Part shown: positions 9,801 through 17,656 of the stretch, piece by piece
Numbering within the stretch: the first letter of the stretch is position 1
Layout of the letters: each line of letters opens with the position of its first letter
Virus record (IMG/VR): IMGVR_UViG_3300017651_000007
Span: 1-26,025 of that record
Length of the DNA: 26,025 nucleotides
Origin: a virus
Taxonomy: Duplodnaviria > Caudoviricetes
Strand: one strand, 5' to 3'
The notes under the pieces: model-generated
What the model was told of the DNA's origin: nothing
What the model saw: the letters and a program-made list of their open reading frames with translations, nothing else
The model's database searches: none
Translations under genes and position numbers: made by a program

Positions 9801-10104
9801 ATGACCCCTCCCAATTCCAGGATAGGGTCTGCGAGCCGGTCCCAGGAAGCTGGGTTCGCCCGTACATACCCGATAGGTCGCCGCCAGGGTTACTGATGAC
9901 GCCCGTGATGAACGTCAACTGCTGGCCGCCCAGGGTAATGACCGCGCCGTCTAGCTTGTTCGCGACACTGCCGGGACCACTGTTCTCGTAACCAGCGATG
10001 CCGACGACAATCGCATCGGCATCAGCAGGAACGGTGATCGAGGTCGAACCGCTATCAGCGACCGTATTGACCGTGAGAAGAGAGCCCGTCGTCGTGACTG
10101 GCAT
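6889..10104 (-). CDS. Large virion appendage protein (beta-rich N-domain, probable beta-propeller, repetitive stalk)
   Basis: 1071 aa. Asp-box SPDNGQTW; Trp/Asp-rich central domain; C-terminal ~400 aa of degenerate ~19-aa Ala/Ser/Thr/Val/Arg repeats. Confidence 0.65.
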   Translation of the reverse strand: MPVTTTGSLLTVNTVADSGSTSITVPADADAIVVGIAGYENSGPGSVANKLDGAVITLGGQQLTFITGVISNPGGDLSGMYGRTQLPGTGSQTLSWNWEGSSSWDEGGTLLVRFLKGVDQTEVNPCRDWDQAGTVGATSPQSVLTNEIDAEPGDYAVAVCGAWSSTLGSFTWTNLTEVYDATHNSFREGWAEAEPIEPDQYGATYTASGSGDRTVALCVGVIRAAPTGDDDAPDAFEGVVAATSDFAFGDFGAVSQQFQRRVFSDKKRGHDYLMFQDEDAAWLTMSPDNGQTWTTPHKLFDMPTDASLSLTTSIAYTAMHWDQDHEKLHVCWGFVGDDNPTHLKYRRGTLVGDGTVSWDAAAQNAFTGQGSLLEMSISTDSDGVPWITFEFFNDGSPPDHPKPWVVKNSGANATWTTASGFPFKLSDDNSHWWTGVGRANDSGGMWVFYWNDRYFMEGDVGSRSWAFARLWLPSGGWQTEIEIDLDRADITGQGSLPDVCYATDPDSGIAYFAWNDTFDAPKFWRSNEGVTYDMPPVYPETMAMGVDKATGHVYLVTQDPFNMSLDYWWFDSSLGYWEQGNVPLNVNFPLHSSMSITEYSDRILVAIQDMAFTGDHDIRVACVLAGADEREEDPGGTTYPQELTVTVVNASTLARRSGKIIIDTGTGSAAIQRLVSKLLAEDAQSVVSVPRHAGVTYTTTGAAEPSRVVHVEREPDSVTVEGSAGAETLKFIGRLITLTATSTVSLGRRVTKAFARQASGASALIRSSSKTVVAEALGVADLVTRRVRLLLASTAVSASSALVKGVRSMRATVAQVATQTVRGVARTITATAASAVSTAAQKLGGLVNLLLTASAVGQTAAVRDTRKTASLSAEGTGLLVRDVDKSTNAVGRVEPTLARRGLRTLRASVAGSPSHDRLILKRIERAVQTSVSVVRGVGAAVSIAASAAARLTRRMPVTLATSVVAAASFTSRRVTLVVLSTSAKVGASVEPVIARFTGAVSTFSLVRALTRVASGLRSGVVTADSERIVAVPKNLSHTLMISSPRIEVEEVDPYTFILTTHSDFEIRRVDL

Positions 10105-10126
10105 GAGCGGGCCTCAGTCAGAGCGA

Positions 10127-10513
10127 TTAGTCAGCGTTGTCGAACGCTACTTGGAAGGTGAACTGGATGCTGTCGCCGGAGACCAGGTTGATCGCAGAGA
10201 AGACCGCGCGCACGAACATGTTGCCGGAGGATGCAGCGTCGAATAGCGCCGCCTCAGTGATGGCGACGGTACCCTCAGCCGTGACCGTGCCGACTACCTG
10301 ATATGTGTCATTCGTTGCCGAAGTAGTGACGCGTGACGAAGAACCCTCGGTGCGTCCACCAGAAGTCGTCGGAGCCGCCTCGGTGACGAGAGCGGTCTGA
10401 GACTCTGCTTCAGCGGTTGTGCCCGTGCCCCAGCCGATGTGAATCGGTTCGTTTCCGGAGCCGATTAGGCGGTTGGTAATGATTGCCTTTCCGGCGTTAG
10501 TCAGCGTTGCCAT
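10127..10513 (-). CDS. Virion structural protein (tail-fibre N-terminal-like domain)
   Basis: Likely start MATLTNAGK. Motifs IGWGTG, TALVTE, ITEAALF and INLVSGDSIQFTF are typical of phage tail/baseplate proteins. Confidence 0.75.
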   Translation of the reverse strand: MATLTNAGKAIITNRLIGSGNEPIHIGWGTGTTAEAESQTALVTEAAPTTSGGRTEGSSSRVTTSATNDTYQVVGTVTAEGTVAITEAALFDAASSGNMFVRAVFSAINLVSGDSIQFTFQVAFDNAD

Positions 10514-10679
10514 GCGGTCTAAGAGTCTTTCGTAGTAGTCGTCGGAGTACCCACCGCTTGAGGGGGTTACGATGGAAATAGGAGACGACGCCAAGTTCCT
10601 CGCGTGTTCCGTCTGCACGGATCACTACGGCCTCGACCGTCACTTCCTTAGGCTTCAACTGTGCTGATGCAAGAGACAC
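10497..10679 (-). CDS. Small virion-associated protein (60 aa)
   Basis: GAGGA RBS before a GTG start; VEAVVIRADG motif; overlaps the next gene. Confidence 0.65.
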   Translation of the reverse strand: MSLASAQLKPKEVTVEAVVIRADGTREELGVVSYFHRNPLKRWVLRRLLRKTLRPHGNAD

Positions 10680-10717
10680 TTGACTTCCTCGTACAGTTAT
10701 CGTGGCGAACGCGCCGA

Positions 10718-11065
10718 TTACAATGTCTTGGCGATGAACCCGCCGTGCAACAACGCGTCGGTATCTCCGCCCGGAGAGGTGATCTTCAGGGTGTAGAGGG
10801 CGGTTGACCAGGGGAGTTCGGCCGTTGCCGTGACAGGGATCACTAGATCGATTGTGCCGCTGGCCCCGCCAAGAATGATTCCGTTATTCTCGGTCGTCAG
10901 CGATACGAGAGGGTCACCCGCTAGGGTCCGGATCGGGCACGTCGCCGTGTAGCCGGTCAGGTCGAACGGGGTAGTGGCATCCTCGTCGGCGTAATAGGTC
11001 AACCGCTTCTTGAAGGTCGTGCCCTTCCAGACGACGAAATTGAGCTTTGCGGGGTCCAGGGACAT
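10718..11065 (-). CDS. Virion beta-sandwich protein (BppU N-terminal-like)
   Basis: Pattern GTTF...PFDLTGYTA...GTIDL.IP...TA.L...YTL.IT, common in phage tail-associated proteins. Confidence 0.65.
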   Translation of the reverse strand: MSLDPAKLNFVVWKGTTFKKRLTYYADEDATTPFDLTGYTATCPIRTLAGDPLVSLTTENNGIILGGASGTIDLVIPVTATAELPWSTALYTLKITSPGGDTDALLHGGFIAKTL

Positions 11066-11094
11066 TCACCCTTTACCCCGCAGACCGCCGCGTC

Positions 11095-13152
11095 TTAGAA
11101 GCCTCTTCGGCGCCCGCGCGTCCTGAAGCCCGAACGAGCCGGATTTTGTCCCAGGAACCGGAGATGGCCGTAAGCGCTGCCCCCGGGGCTCTGCTCGCCC
11201 TGTCGGCCTCCCTGATAGCCGCCGAAGAGGGGGTGCTTGCCGCCTAGAGCCGCTCCGCCGTGCCCGAGCGGGTATCCGCCCGGAGCGCCCATGCCGATCG
11301 GCTGAGACCCGAGCGTGGCCATCATTTGATCCCGGATACGGTTGGCCAGGAAGGACTCGGTGACCGTCATCACGCAGTCCGCCATGTCCTTCGTCTGCAC
11401 GGGGCCGATCGTCTGCCGATCGACTCGCGGAGTGAGGCCGGTGCTGATCTGCTGAAGGTACTTCAACTCTAGGGCGCAGTACGCGTTGTCCGGCGTATCC
11501 GACGGGGCATGCACGAGGTCGCGATAGAGACACGTGCGGAAGATCTCCGCTCGGTTCCAGTTGGTGGCTGCCGTCGCGGGCTTCTTGTAGACCTTCACGC
11601 CTCCGACGCCGCGCATGCGTAGCTCCTTGGTGAGCCACTCGATAGGCGCGTCAGAGTTGTATTGGTCCATCGTGATCTCGGTGGGGCGGAAGAGATCGAT
11701 GTACCCATAAACTTCCCGTAGAACGGTCTCCCACTCGATGACGCCGGACTCGAAGTTCTGCGGCTGCCAGCGCTTCACGATGTCGAACACGACGTGCTCT
11801 TCCGGATTGCCGTCGCGATCCGGGAACTGCTCGACGTGCCCGAGCGCGAAGCCGAAGCCAGCCGTCGTGGAGGATGGGTCGAGGTGCGCCCGGTACTCGT
11901 ACATGAAGCCATTGGGCTGGTTGAAGTTCGAGGCGACCGCAGCGTGCGAGCCATCGGGCATCGGGCGACCCTCGAACATGCGATCCACGGCCTTCGGGTC
12001 CAGGTAGGCGTCAATGATCTCGGAGAACTGGCCACGGCGCTCGACCTTGTACGTGTCGGGGTCCTGCTTCTCCTCGTCGCGCGCGAGCTTGATACCGATG
12101 CGATCGTCCTCGGAGTAGAAGTAGGATCCGTCCTCGTTCTTGCGCTCGGGATCCCAATCGGGGGACTGCGTGATGCACTTACGGGGACCCTTGTAGAGAG
12201 GCTCTTCCCACCAGCCTTCGAAGAGCGCCCAGGAGGGGAACTGGAAGGCCACCATATACGGGTTGAGCGGGACGGCCGGGTTGTCCTTCTCTACCGCCAT
12301 ACCCGCCTCGAAGCGCTCGAAGAAGCGGCCTAGCTTCGTGTACGGCGAGGAGTTGCAGAAGATCATCGCGGCCTTGCCGAACTGCGCGAGCGACGGGATG
12401 GCCGCGTCGTACACCTTCTCGGCGGAAGCGTCAGTCTCCTCGCCGACCTCCATGAACGCCATCTCGTCAAAGGCGATGGCCATCGTGGTCGAACCACGAA
12501 TGGTGGACGCGTTAGCGGCTAGGGCATTACCCCTAAGCTTGGAGATGTCGCGCCCGATCTTGTGGGACTTCCTACGGTGAGCGGCCATCTTCCGAAGGTC
12601 CGCCTCGGTAGCGACAGAGAACTCCTTCTCGTACAGCTTAGTGAGGTTCTGTCCGAACGCATGACACTCCGCAACAGTGGTCGAGAGGTCGGAGTACTGG
12701 AACTTGCGGGCCTGATCGAGTGAGGCGGCTACGCAGGAGAAATAGATCTGCTTTTCGGGGTCGATACCGTAGGCGGCGTTCGGATCCTCTAGCTGAAGAG
12801 TGTCGTACATCTTCTTGGCCATCGCGAGGCCAGTAACGAAGCCCTTCGAGCAACGGCGACCGCCGACCAGTACGACCTCTCGGAAGTGTGGGAAGCCCTC
12901 GTCGCGTAGGCCGTCGATGCGCTTGCGGATGTGAGGAGAAAGATTGATCTCTCCTCCGCGACCGCCCTTGATCCAATAATTGAGTGCGTCTTCCTCTCGG
13001 TTGGTTAGCTCCTCTAGGAAGATGAGCTTGAGGAGAAGCTTCTGTCGCGGGTAGAGCTTCTTGCCACAGTAGTCGGTTGACTCTGCGAACTCCTCAATGC
13101 TCACCTTCTTCGGGGCAAGCGAGTTCTCTAGCTGTGAGAGGAAGTCCGCCAT
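11095..13152 (-). CDS. terL: Terminase large subunit
   Basis: LYPRQ adenine-binding motif, Walker A-like GGRRCSKG, Walker B IAFDE, coupling motif NSS, and nuclease acidic residues (HLDPS, MDQYN, KDMAD). Confidence 0.9.
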   Translation of the reverse strand: MADFLSQLENSLAPKKVSIEEFAESTDYCGKKLYPRQKLLLKLIFLEELTNREEDALNYWIKGGRGGEINLSPHIRKRIDGLRDEGFPHFREVVLVGGRRCSKGFVTGLAMAKKMYDTLQLEDPNAAYGIDPEKQIYFSCVAASLDQARKFQYSDLSTTVAECHAFGQNLTKLYEKEFSVATEADLRKMAAHRRKSHKIGRDISKLRGNALAANASTIRGSTTMAIAFDEMAFMEVGEETDASAEKVYDAAIPSLAQFGKAAMIFCNSSPYTKLGRFFERFEAGMAVEKDNPAVPLNPYMVAFQFPSWALFEGWWEEPLYKGPRKCITQSPDWDPERKNEDGSYFYSEDDRIGIKLARDEEKQDPDTYKVERRGQFSEIIDAYLDPKAVDRMFEGRPMPDGSHAAVASNFNQPNGFMYEYRAHLDPSSTTAGFGFALGHVEQFPDRDGNPEEHVVFDIVKRWQPQNFESGVIEWETVLREVYGYIDLFRPTEITMDQYNSDAPIEWLTKELRMRGVGGVKVYKKPATAATNWNRAEIFRTCLYRDLVHAPSDTPDNAYCALELKYLQQISTGLTPRVDRQTIGPVQTKDMADCVMTVTESFLANRIRDQMMATLGSQPIGMGAPGGYPLGHGGAALGGKHPLFGGYQGGRQGEQSPGGSAYGHLRFLGQNPARSGFRTRGRRRGF

Positions 13153-13428
13153 CTAGCAGAAGGAGGAGGCGTCGTGGAGATCGTCGTGGGCGAGATGCGG
13201 GAACTCGCGTTGAAGCTCCGCCTCTAGCTTCGCGCGTACCTCCGGGTCATTCAGGTCGTACACCTCGGTTAGCCCGGCTACGCCGGACATGGTGGAGATG
13301 ATGGTGCACCGGCAGTCAGGGCACCACAAGTGGTATCCGACACTCTCGCCCGGCTCTAGGTACGGAAGGTTCATCCTCGCCGCGTTAGCGAGGTCAGGGT
13401 TCCAGTCGCCGCCGCAGTTCGGGCACAT
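13153..13428 (-). CDS. Small Zn-finger protein (91 aa)
   Basis: CPNC...CPDC; abuts both neighbours exactly (TAG-ATG). Confidence 0.7.
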   Translation of the reverse strand: MCPNCGGDWNPDLANAARMNLPYLEPGESVGYHLWCPDCRCTIISTMSGVAGLTEVYDLNDPEVRAKLEAELQREFPHLAHDDLHDASSFC

Positions 13429-13860
13429 CTACTTCTTCTCCCGGCGCGCGTTCGGGCGCTCCTTCTGGCCTAGGTAGTCTTCGTTGCGCTCGACGGCTCG
13501 GCGGACTTCCCACTGCTTGCGCTCGTGATCGAAGCCATCGGTGTGGATCGGGTCGCCAGAGACCTTGCCGAGGATCTCTACGACGGGTGGCTCTCCGTAG
13601 AGGCAGGGAGAGGCGTCAACCGTCGCGACGATGCCCGCCTCCGCGAAGCGAGTGAGATACTCGTCCCGCATTGCCTCAAGGTTCTCTACCGTATTCGCGC
13701 GGAACGCCCACTTCTGCTGGAGGGCGACATGGATCTTGATTAGCTGCTCAACCTCCGTGTCCTGTAGCTCGGAGGCGAACTCGGCGAACTGCTTGCCGCT
13801 CTTGATCTTGTCGTCGGGTACGTGCATAACTCTTCCTGGTAGGTGACTGGACTTGCTCAT
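13429..13860 (-). CDS. Hypothetical 143-aa protein upstream of the terminase
   Basis: Natural amino-acid composition; first gene after a terminator; abuts the next ORF. Confidence 0.75.
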   Translation of the reverse strand: MSKSSHLPGRVMHVPDDKIKSGKQFAEFASELQDTEVEQLIKIHVALQQKWAFRANTVENLEAMRDEYLTRFAEAGIVATVDASPCLYGEPPVVEILGKVSGDPIHTDGFDHERKQWEVRRAVERNEDYLGQKERPNARREKK

Positions 13861-13881
13861 CAGTTACCTGGCCCGTAGAAC

Positions 13882-13913
13882 GACAAAAGCCCGCACGAAG
13901 GCGGGCTTCTGTC
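13882..13913 (-). terminator. Intrinsic terminator
   Basis: GACAGAAGCCCGC-CTTCGT-GCGGGCTTTTGTC: stem plus T-run, downstream of the 216-aa gene. Confidence 0.75.
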
Positions 13914-13945
13914 TGTTGTCGGGTAAGTGCGACCTTACACTAAGG

Positions 13946-14596
13946 TCACACCTTGGTCGCCGCTTCTACGTGAGCCTCCTGCGGGAGGCTGTAGATGACG
14001 GTCATGCGAGTGCGACCGGCAGTGCCAGTCGAGCCTACCTTGGTCACGATGCCGCTGATCGTGCGCTCGTCAGCGCTGTAGCGGCCGTTGATGTGACCCT
14101 CGTTCTCGTCGCCGTCGGCGCCGGGAACGAGGTAAGCGCCTTCCTTGCCGCCCGTGGCCGCGAGGGAAAGGCTCTGGCCCGCGAGGAGGTCAGTCGCCTT
14201 GAGATCGACGCCCGCGAAGAAGCCGTCGTCGTCATCATCGTCGCCGACCTTGAGCGTCGCGGAAGTCTGTGCGGTCCAGAGGGCCTCGTTCGTGACGATG
14301 ATATCCACGAGGGTCGCGCCCGCCGGTAGAACAACGGAGCCGGTGTAAACGCCAGCGCCCGTCGTCTCGGTGAACGTACGCTCCTCGGAGACGACTCCGG
14401 AGGGAAGTTCACCCCGGTCCGTCAGCGGACCTACGACGATGACGGCGCCGATCGCCTGGTGGTGCTGTAGCTCGCGACGAGTCTTGCCGTCAGAGATATC
14501 CACATAGTAGGTCGTGTTCACATCCTTGATGTGCTCGCCACCAATACGGACGTTCTGCGAACGCGAGATGGGTCGAATGGGGAGGTAAAGGGCCAT
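13946..14596 (-). CDS. Putative capsid decoration or virion beta-sandwich protein
   Basis: LPAGA.LVDI.V...SATLKVGD..DDDGF pattern. Purine-rich leader and its own terminator suggest high expression. Confidence 0.55.
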   Translation of the reverse strand: MALYLPIRPISRSQNVRIGGEHIKDVNTTYYVDISDGKTRRELQHHQAIGAVIVVGPLTDRGELPSGVVSEERTFTETTGAGVYTGSVVLPAGATLVDIIVTNEALWTAQTSATLKVGDDDDDDGFFAGVDLKATDLLAGQSLSLAATGGKEGAYLVPGADGDENEGHINGRYSADERTISGIVTKVGSTGTAGRTRMTVIYSLPQEAHVEAATKV

Positions 14597-14675
14597 TTGC
14601 TCTTTCTTGTTGTTTACTCACCGCGCCAGCCGCAGTGTTACGCGGTCAGCCGTTACCCGAACGAGACGAGACGTT

Positions 14676-15707
14676 TTACGGGTTGCGCACCCTCATCAGC
14701 GGAATGACGGTTACGAAGCTCGGACGGAAGTCAAACGAACTTGAGAGCGCTCCGTTCGTGCTCACGGTCGATGTGGGCGCGAGCGTGTTCGGCGCGGACG
14801 AAGAAGTGCCCGGGGACGCGCTGGTTGTGCTGACGGGTCCGGTGACCCCTCCGGTCGCTCCGCCGTGATTATGCGCGCCAGCCGCGCCCGTTGCACCGCC
14901 ATGATTGTGAGCGCCTCCGATGTTCATTGGGGCTGTCGCGCTCGTGCCGTCCTGGTTGAAGTTCGGAATGTAGAGCGCCTGCCGCTCGCCAGAGCCGATG
15001 CCGACGTTCCGGCTCGCCATATGCTGGTTCGCACCGAAGCTGTCAGTGTAATTGTGCCGGTGCCCCGGATCGCCAGCAATCGTGTGAGCGTGATCGCCGA
15101 CTAGGGCGATGGAGTGAGCGTGGTCGCTGACGGAGTGCGAGTGAGAGTTGACGGTATGGCTGTGAGGAACCGTGGGGTGCGTGTGCGGGGCAACCGTATG
15201 GGAGTGAGAGAGGTTCTTGAAGTTGTCTCCGCCATAGATGCCGGTTACCGAGCCGTCACTGCCGTAGACGTAGAACAGGAACTTATCCGTGTAGTCCGGC
15301 AGCGTGATAGAGCCAACGACCCCGGGGATGTCGTGGTCATTGACTACCTGGCCGTGCGGGATCTCGAAGAGCGTGCCCACGCCTGCCGGGATGGACTGGC
15401 TCGAATGGAGCCGTGTCCACGGGAAGACGACGCCGAGGGGGATGATCGCGGCTAGGAGATCGGCGGAGAGCTTGGAGACATCAACGGAACCGTCCTGGAG
15501 CTTGCCGCCTGGTAGCGCTCCGTTCGAGATGTGGTTTGCGCTGATGGCGTTATCCGCGATGCCTCCGCCCGGGACCTTGACGCCCTTGCCGGAAGTGTGG
15601 TCGTGCTCGGCGACCTTGAGCCAGTTGTTGACTAGCTGTGCGTGGGAGTAGGGGTCATCGCCCTCGTCCCACAACAATAGCTGCATACTGTTGAAATCAG
15701 TAGCCAT
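14676..15707 (-). CDS. Tail collar or short fibre-like protein
   Basis: IPLGVVFPW and LPDYTDKF collar-like motifs, many HxH repeats, C-terminal RP.F.TV..LMRV. Confidence 0.75.
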   Translation of the reverse strand: MATDFNSMQLLLWDEGDDPYSHAQLVNNWLKVAEHDHTSGKGVKVPGGGIADNAISANHISNGALPGGKLQDGSVDVSKLSADLLAAIIPLGVVFPWTRLHSSQSIPAGVGTLFEIPHGQVVNDHDIPGVVGSITLPDYTDKFLFYVYGSDGSVTGIYGGDNFKNLSHSHTVAPHTHPTVPHSHTVNSHSHSVSDHAHSIALVGDHAHTIAGDPGHRHNYTDSFGANQHMASRNVGIGSGERQALYIPNFNQDGTSATAPMNIGGAHNHGGATGAAGAHNHGGATGGVTGPVSTTSASPGTSSSAPNTLAPTSTVSTNGALSSSFDFRPSFVTVIPLMRVRNP

Positions 15708-16402
15708 CAGAATCCCATCGTCCAGGCCCAGAGCTTGCGGTTTCGCGCGGTCACGGAGCCTGACGAACTCTTCGTCCGGATGGACACCGAGTGTGTGCCT
15801 GCGGTCGCGCTGACCACTACGATCCCGAGCGGATTCACAGTCGAGTTACTCGGGACGGAGACCGTGAAGTGCAGACCGTTCGCTCCCGTGCCCTGACCAG
15901 CGGCGAGCCAGTCAGTCGTCTTGACGCCGCCATACGCGGCAGCGGTCGTGCCGTTGGTATTCAGGCCGTCGATCTCGGCGATCGAGGTGTCGCCGACGAA
16001 GAGACCTACCGTGGCGGCGTTGGCTACAGACTCCTTGATATCTGCCTGCGCAACAATCGCGATCAGTCCGTCGGTGGGGAGGACGAGGCCGGACACGATG
16101 TCCTGCGTCGCGAAGTAGCCGAAGGCCGTGTTCGTGCGAGACTCCTCGGTGTCGATGATCGACTTGCCCCGCCGGATCGCGGATGCCTGCGAGATGCCGA
16201 GGATGTCGGCGACAGACGAGGAGAGCTTGTCTTCGCCGACGGCGCCGTCGAGTAGCGAGGCGCCCGTGAGCGGCTTGCCCTTACCCGGAGAGTGATCGTG
16301 ATTGTCGATCCTCTGCATATTGAGGGCCATCTGCGCCGAGTTGTATCGGTCTTCAGGAGATGGCCACGCAACGAGACCCATATTCGCAAGAACTGAGGCC
16401 AT
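15707..16402 (-). CDS. Virion fibre-like protein
   Basis: N-terminal HDHSPGKGK motif shared with the next gene; GAGGGA RBS; TGATG coupling. Confidence 0.65.
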   Translation of the reverse strand: MASVLANMGLVAWPSPEDRYNSAQMALNMQRIDNHDHSPGKGKPLTGASLLDGAVGEDKLSSSVADILGISQASAIRRGKSIIDTEESRTNTAFGYFATQDIVSGLVLPTDGLIAIVAQADIKESVANAATVGLFVGDTSIAEIDGLNTNGTTAAAYGGVKTTDWLAAGQGTGANGLHFTVSVPSNSTVNPLGIVVVSATAGTHSVSIRTKSSSGSVTARNRKLWAWTMGF

Positions 16403-16466
16403 TAGTCCCTCTGTCGCTGTGACGTACTCATCAGCAGTTACAGAGGAGGTCGCGCCCGTGAGATAG

Positions 16467-16539
16467 TGGCTCTAGCAGGACTCGAACCTGCGACCTTTCC
16501 GTTATGAGCGGACTGCGCTACCAACTGCGCCATAGAGCC
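16467..16539 (-). tRNA. tRNA-Met or tRNA-Ile2 (CAT)
   Basis: Acceptor GGCTCTA/TAGAGCC; loop CT-CAT-AA; TTCGAGT T-loop. Confidence 0.9.
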
Positions 16540-16544
16540 AAGAG

Positions 16545-16615
16545 AGGGGATGACGGGGCTCGAACCCGCGCCAGAAGCTTGGAAGGCTTCTGTGCTACCG
16601 CTACACCACATCCCC
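16545..16615 (-). tRNA. tRNA-Gly(TCC)
   Basis: GGGGATG/CATCCCC; loop CT-TCC-AA; U73. Confidence 0.92.
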
Positions 16616-16620
16616 GTGGT

Positions 16621-16824
16621 TCAGGTGAAGATACGGACGATCTGTTCGTGAGTGGCGCCGTGCTCGAAGTAACGACGCACGTCATGGTGGCTCAAGCGGA
16701 AACCATCCGTACCGCGAGCCTCAATCAGCTTCTCGGCATCCGTCTCCGAGAATCCAAGCGAAAGAAATGCTTCCTTCCGCCAGGCGGCGATCCTATCGCC
16801 GTTGAGATCTGTCGTACCTGCCAT
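16621..16824 (-). CDS. Hypothetical helical 67-aa protein
   Basis: Fills the gap between two tRNAs exactly; natural composition. Confidence 0.65.
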   Translation of the reverse strand: MAGTTDLNGDRIAAWRKEAFLSLGFSETDAEKLIEARGTDGFRLSHHDVRRYFEHGATHEQIVRIFT

Positions 16825-16828
16825 GGTA

Positions 16829-16900
16829 AGCTCCCTGTCGGAATCGAACCGACTTCTCAGGATTACAAGTCCAGTGCATCGCCTGCAATGCTTAGGGAGC
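16829..16900 (-). tRNA. tRNA-Thr(TGT)
   Basis: GCTCCCT/AGGGAGC; loop CT-TGT-AA. Confidence 0.88.
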
Positions 16901-16904
16901 AGAT

Positions 16905-16932
16905 GCTCCCTCGCCTATTGGGGCGAGGGAGC
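16905..16932 (-). terminator. Strong hairpin after the endolysin (terminator or 3'-end stabiliser)
   Basis: GCTCCCTCGCC-6 nt-GGCGAGGGAGC, 11 bp; no T-run. Confidence 0.5.
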
Positions 16933-16938
16933 GAGGTC

Positions 16939-17619
16939 TTATCCCGGGTAATCGACCAGGGCGAACCCGTACACGTCAGAGAGCGGGCGCTTGCGGGCGT
17001 ATACGCCTCCGCCGTTGCTCTGCGAGCCGCTGTTGCCCGACGAGGTGTTACCCTCGATTGTGTGAACGTAGTTGCCCTCAACCTTGACGACCATTCCGAC
17101 GTGAACGCCGGAACCGAAGAGCACGACGAGATCACCGCGTAGCACCTTCTTCGGATCCGTGGTCCAGCCTCGATACGGAGCGAGCTTGCGCTTCGCGTCC
17201 TGCTCGATGTAGTACACGGAGGCAATGCGGTAATCGACGCCCTTGACGCCGACATGGAGCAGCATGTTGCCGCAGAAGACGCCGCACCATGCCTGGCCTA
17301 CTAGCCAGGAACCTAGGCGCTCCTGCCATACCGTGATCCGGCCGCCCTTGTTCGAGTTCGCCGGGGTCTCCTTGACCTTGCCGTCGAAGCTCAGGGCGTA
17401 CTCGACAGCGCGCTGGCGAACGGGCTTCTTCGACTTGGCGCGGATCTGCGCGTCGCGGCGATCGACAAGACCAGCCGCTTCCTTGTAGAGCCGGAACCAC
17501 TTCGAGCGGAGGGCGTGTCCCTCCGGCTTAGTCTTGACGTAGCCGCGCCACTTCTTGTAACGATAGGACTCCCTACGCTTCCATAGAGCGCGCGACGCCT
17601 TTAGTGCTGAGAGAGTCAT
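16939..17619 (-). CDS. CHAP-domain endolysin or peptidoglycan amidase
   Basis: AWCGVF (catalytic Cys), GDLVV, HVGMV (His) and TIEGNT; very basic N-terminal helix. Confidence 0.88.
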   Translation of the reverse strand: MTLSALKASRALWKRRESYRYKKWRGYVKTKPEGHALRSKWFRLYKEAAGLVDRRDAQIRAKSKKPVRQRAVEYALSFDGKVKETPANSNKGGRITVWQERLGSWLVGQAWCGVFCGNMLLHVGVKGVDYRIASVYYIEQDAKRKLAPYRGWTTDPKKVLRGDLVVLFGSGVHVGMVVKVEGNYVHTIEGNTSSGNSGSQSNGGGVYARKRPLSDVYGFALVDYPG

Positions 17620-17656
17620 GTCACTCGTTACTTGGGCGACATGACGAGAAAGAAGG

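Noticed and set aside
10127-10679. Programmed frameshift joining the 60-aa ORF to the next gene; both end in NAD-stop with a 13-bp repeat
   Set aside because: No slippery sequence is evident and the downstream gene has its own ATG. The short repeat may be chance.
16408-16445. CTGATGAG inside a CCTCTG/CAGAGG stem, suggesting a hammerhead ribozyme
   Set aside because: No GAAA core strand or correctly placed third helix.
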